A stretch of DNA of 57,397 nt, filler included, from Basidioascus undulatus (Eukaryota): NCBI GenBank assembly GCA_000826855.1. It is 5 parts of 5 records of this genome, joined end to end, with 100 filler letters (N's around TTAATTAATTAA, not from the genome) between each part and the next. Parts side by side here need not be neighbours in the genome. Positions count along the whole stretch, not along the records: positions 46,020 to 57,397 come from JTLS01001015.1; 4 more parts are not named here. One strand, given 5' to 3'. Shown here in pieces: positions 53,917 to 57,397 of the stretch. Numbering within the stretch: position 1 is the stretch's first letter; every line of letters begins with the position of its first letter. A program made the translations under genes and the position numbers. A model generated the notes under the pieces. It saw nothing but the letters and a program-made list of their open reading frames with translations, was not told the origin of the DNA and ran no database searches.

Positions 53917-54802
53917 ATTGAAGGCGAGGTAACCTTTATGTTCCCATCATCACAGTGTGTTTTCACTAAAAGAAAACTTTTCAAAGGGACAGGATCTGGC
54001 ATTCGACGAGTTTCTGCTTAGCGCTCTCTTGGTTATAGTGTCATGTCTACATTCTTTAATAAAGGCAATAGCAATTCATTGAGGTCATCTTCAAGTCATC
54101 TTCAATTCCCAATACGGCGAGATATCTTTGCGAGAGAGAGCCAAAATCTGTAAAGTACATCACAGCTCAATGTGTACGAATGTCGTACTCTCACTGCTGG
54201 ACATCCTAAGCCAAAGTGAAATTTATTATGTAACTATACCCTATTATTCCCTGTTATATATCAAGGGATGATAAAGAGGCATACTCAAATTAGTGTGCGA
54301 GTTGCTGCACGTCTTTGAGAAGCAGGTGGACGTGTGTGGGCGGCGTCGGTACCACCCGGGCATGTACCCCAGACTAGGAAGCCTTATTCCAGTCCGCCAG
54401 GAATTTCTACAACTTTTTTGGCCTCTTTGGAAAAATAGCTACGTCGGTTGCGATTGGCCGACAGGAAGCTCATCGACCGACTTTCTGATGTGTTCGCCAT
54501 ATTTGACCGCACCCGCTTGCAAGTGATCTAGGTTCAAAAATACAAAGCATGGTTTACAGCACTTTATCTTAAAATATACTGATTGACACAAGGCATTCGC
54601 TGTACATCTGTGTGATAAGCGCTGCATTGTGCCGCTCAATAAGTGCGCAGACGTTCTTTGATGCCAGAATGACTGTCTTTCTCGCTCGTCTGGCACAATT
54701 CCAGGGCGGAGTTCCGAATATCTGGATCGAGTTCCTCATCGAATATTACCAGCTCCCCCCTCGTATGGGGACCTGGCCAGATCTCTTCTAAGGGACTGCA
54801 GG

Positions 54803-55687
54803 ATGGAGCACTCTCACGCCGACCTCGCGGCACGTCTTGTAGAGATCTGGATGCAGCACGTCAGCTTAGAGGTCATGCCGAGGATCATGACCCTGGCAAG
54901 CCTGGCGGAAGTAATCTTACACCCTTCCAAGCAAGCTGCATTCTGCGAGGTATGTGGAGCGAAGGCTACACAGGTGTGCCAGGCTTGCAGAGGAAGTGTA
55001 CTGCTGCGTGGAACATCAGCTGAAGGACTGGTCCATGCAGCTAGAAATCTTTTGCTGACTCGGCTCTTATCATACCAGTGGTGCAAGGCGAAACCGCCTT
55101 CCGTGAAGAGAGCTGTTAAATAGGCAAGGGACCGTGGAGTTAAATCTAAACCGATATTCATCGGACGTCCAAAGAAAATCTGGTTGATGTGTGCACTGTA
55201 GACAATCACCCTCGGAGCTGTTCATCTAAGTTCGAAAGGCGAAGAACCCGCCGGCGGGAGTTGGGCACCCTCCTTACAGCCGCTGTTGGCAAACCTCCAG
55301 CCAACGCCTTCGCTCCGAGTTGGCTGCACAAGAATTAGACGAAGCGGCAGCCATCGCTCGGAAGATCGGAGAAAATTTATGGCGGCAGTACTCCCAATGA
55401 CCTCCCAAGCGCTCACCCGCACCGCATGCACTTTTCAAGTCTGTATCGACTGCGGAGCAGAAGAGAAACTCTTCCCATTCATTTCAGACACCGACCTCCT
55501 CGCAGACCATTCCCCATCCGACGTTCCTGTCAATGAGCACACAGCGCGAGCCACGAAAGAAGCCAAGCAGCGAGCGGCGGGAGAGGGTAACTTTGTGCGG
55601 GGTGAAGACGATGCAACCTTGCACGTTGAGCGAGCGAGTTGCGGTGTGTGTGTGCAAGAAGGATGCCGCAAGATGGAAAGGATTTGA
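54803..55687 (+). pseudogene. MYND zinc-finger protein remnant
   Basis: FCEVCGAKATQVCQACR, then after a frame change VYCCVEHQLKDW, the MYND pattern. The final His/Cys ligands are not clearly retained; extent approximate. Confidence 0.6.
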
Positions 55688-55999
55688 ACAAGAAAGAGAC
55701 CGGCCGGTGCGCGTTGCGGTTGATAGCTATGCGAGCAAGGGGTGTGTGTCACTGGAACAATACAGTTGTTTGCGAAGGCGAGTGCAATGTGTTTTGTGTG
55801 TTGCGATGCTAGTTGCGTTGCGAGTTGCGAGTGCGGATGCGGATGCGCGTGGAGTGTGCTTGTGTGTGTGATGTGTGCGAACGAGCAAATGTGGGGATGA
55901 AGAACAAGACTGATAAAAGTGATAATTGAGTGGAAGTCAAGGGTATTGAAGTGTTCTGAAAATGAAATCAAGCAGCAGCGGTAGCAGCAGCCGAGGGCC

Positions 56000-57397
56000 T
56001 CAACCCATTACTCCCCTAAAGTGCACGAGGTCCGAGGATAAGCATGCGCCCTGTAAGAACGAAGAGGGACTAGGAGTAGACGTACCACCCGCACCCCTCG
56101 CCTTCTTCCGCGTCGGCGCACGCCGCTTCGTCCCCTCCGCCCGCGCGTACAGCCGCCCGTCCGGCCCGGCCATCGCGAGCGCCTTCTCCGCGCAGGGAGC
56201 GTTCGTGTGCCAGTGCCTGTGCACGCACACACCCACTGCTTGATCAGCGTCTGCTCGCCCACGGTGACGCAGAGAGAGGAAGGGGGTAGGGGGAAGGCAG
56301 ACCTGCGCAGCGCGTCGGAGCGCGGGAACGCCGCGGGGCAGTTGGGGCAGACGTACGGCCTGTTCAATATGGGAGAGTCAGCGGGGCGATGAGAAAGGGC
56401 GAGGAATGTAGGCGGACAAACGGACTTCTCGTTTGTGTGCGTGCGCGAGTGCCGCTCCTGGTCGTGCTTCCTCGCGAACGCGCGCGGGCAGTGCGCGCAT
56501 CTGAACGGGCGCGGCGCGGGCGGTGCCGGGCTCGGGTGCGGGTTCGGCGGCGGAGCGGGGTCGCGTAGGAGTTGGGGAGCCTTTGGGGAGGGTAAAAGGG
56601 AGAAGGAGGGGAAAGAGAAGGGGGAAGGAAATGCAGTGAGGTCTTGCGCTTGCTAGGTAGTGGTTGGGGCGGGGGAGAAGGATGATTGACTTGAGCTTGA
56701 AGATCCTGCGCGGCGATGGAGCACGGTGGGGCGGAAAGAGGGGGAAAGTTGATTAGCGGCCCGATCATGACGAAGTGAGGTGAGGAAGAGTGGGGAGAGG
56801 GTAAACGCAGACGACGCACGGGGTACGGTGCATATGCGGAGTGGGCGCTGCTCGGGTAGAAAAAGTCGCCGGATGAGATGGGAGTGCAGATGCTGGTGTG
56901 AGGCAAGGGGTAGGCGGAGAGGGCGTCTTCTGGGATGGAAGGGAAGGGTGAAGGGGAGAGAGAGAAGGACGTGGTGGTGAGAGGGGAGAGCGAGCGGGGG
57001 GATGCAACTGCGGGGAAAAGAACGTTCAGTCCCAGGGTCCTCCAGGAAGGATGGGAATGAAGAGGGACAGAGACGGTGGAGAGGAGATGGAGAGGAACGG
57101 GGAGGAGGAGGCTGGAAGGGGATGAAAGGGGACTGCGCGCCTGATCGGGGAGAAGCCGCCCCAGCCCACTTGGCGCTCGCAAAGCTCAGCATCAACGGCG
57201 CAGGCGAGGCGGGACCCGGGCTTGTCGAGAACCACGGGTTTTGTGCGGACGTGGGCGTGAGCGGCGAGATGGGCGACGCGAAGCCCGAGCCCGAGCAGGA
57301 CGACATGGGGGACATGGACGACAGCGGGGGAGCGCTGCTGCCGAGGCTGCTGCTGCGATGGTGGTTGTTGGGGTGGTGCTGGGGGTGGGGCTGAGGG
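56000..57397 (-). CDS. C2H2 zinc-finger transcription factor, 5' end outside window
   Basis: RPFRCAHCPRAFARKHDQERHSRTHTNEK|PYVCPNCPAAFPRSDALR|RHWHTNAPC with a Ser/Pro-rich N-terminal region. Stop 56000-56002. Confidence 0.9.

Noticed and set aside
55780..55880. GT/TGCG-rich repeats as telomere or CRISPR-like array
   Set aside because: Irregular microsatellite-like sequence downstream of the C2H2 gene; no constant repeat-spacer structure.

Overview
Eukaryotic, intron-rich, GC-rich fungal DNA; gene structure and families fit a basidiomycete (possibly Pucciniomycotina, inferred). The window is not one locus: five ~11.4-kb contigs (1-11419, 11520-22921, 23022-34423, 34524-45919, 46020-57397; lengths non-increasing) are joined by identical 100-nt N44-TTAATTAATTAA-N44 linkers. 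Apparently intact genes: GAS2-domain protein, divergent SPX-EXS (SYG1/XPR1-like) protein, SYLF/Ysc84 protein, class III ADH, prolyl-tRNA synthetase, TRAX, JEN1-family transporter, GLE1, Elongin C, beta-lactamase-family esterase, atypical bZIP, RPS11, chitin deacetylase-LysM fusion and a C2H2 transcription factor. Several accessory genes are disrupted (two F-box-like, a P450, two secreted proteins, a MYND finger, a truncated MFS fused to an unrelated exon). Strongest structural signal: contig 4 starts and ends with the same 91 nt inside JEN1, and the two JEN1 halves join into one complete gene across that overlap. It therefore assembles as an 11,305-bp circle (extrachromosomal circle, tandem amplicon or very recent JEN1 duplication). 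Exon boundaries were read by eye and family calls come from motif recognition, not database searches.
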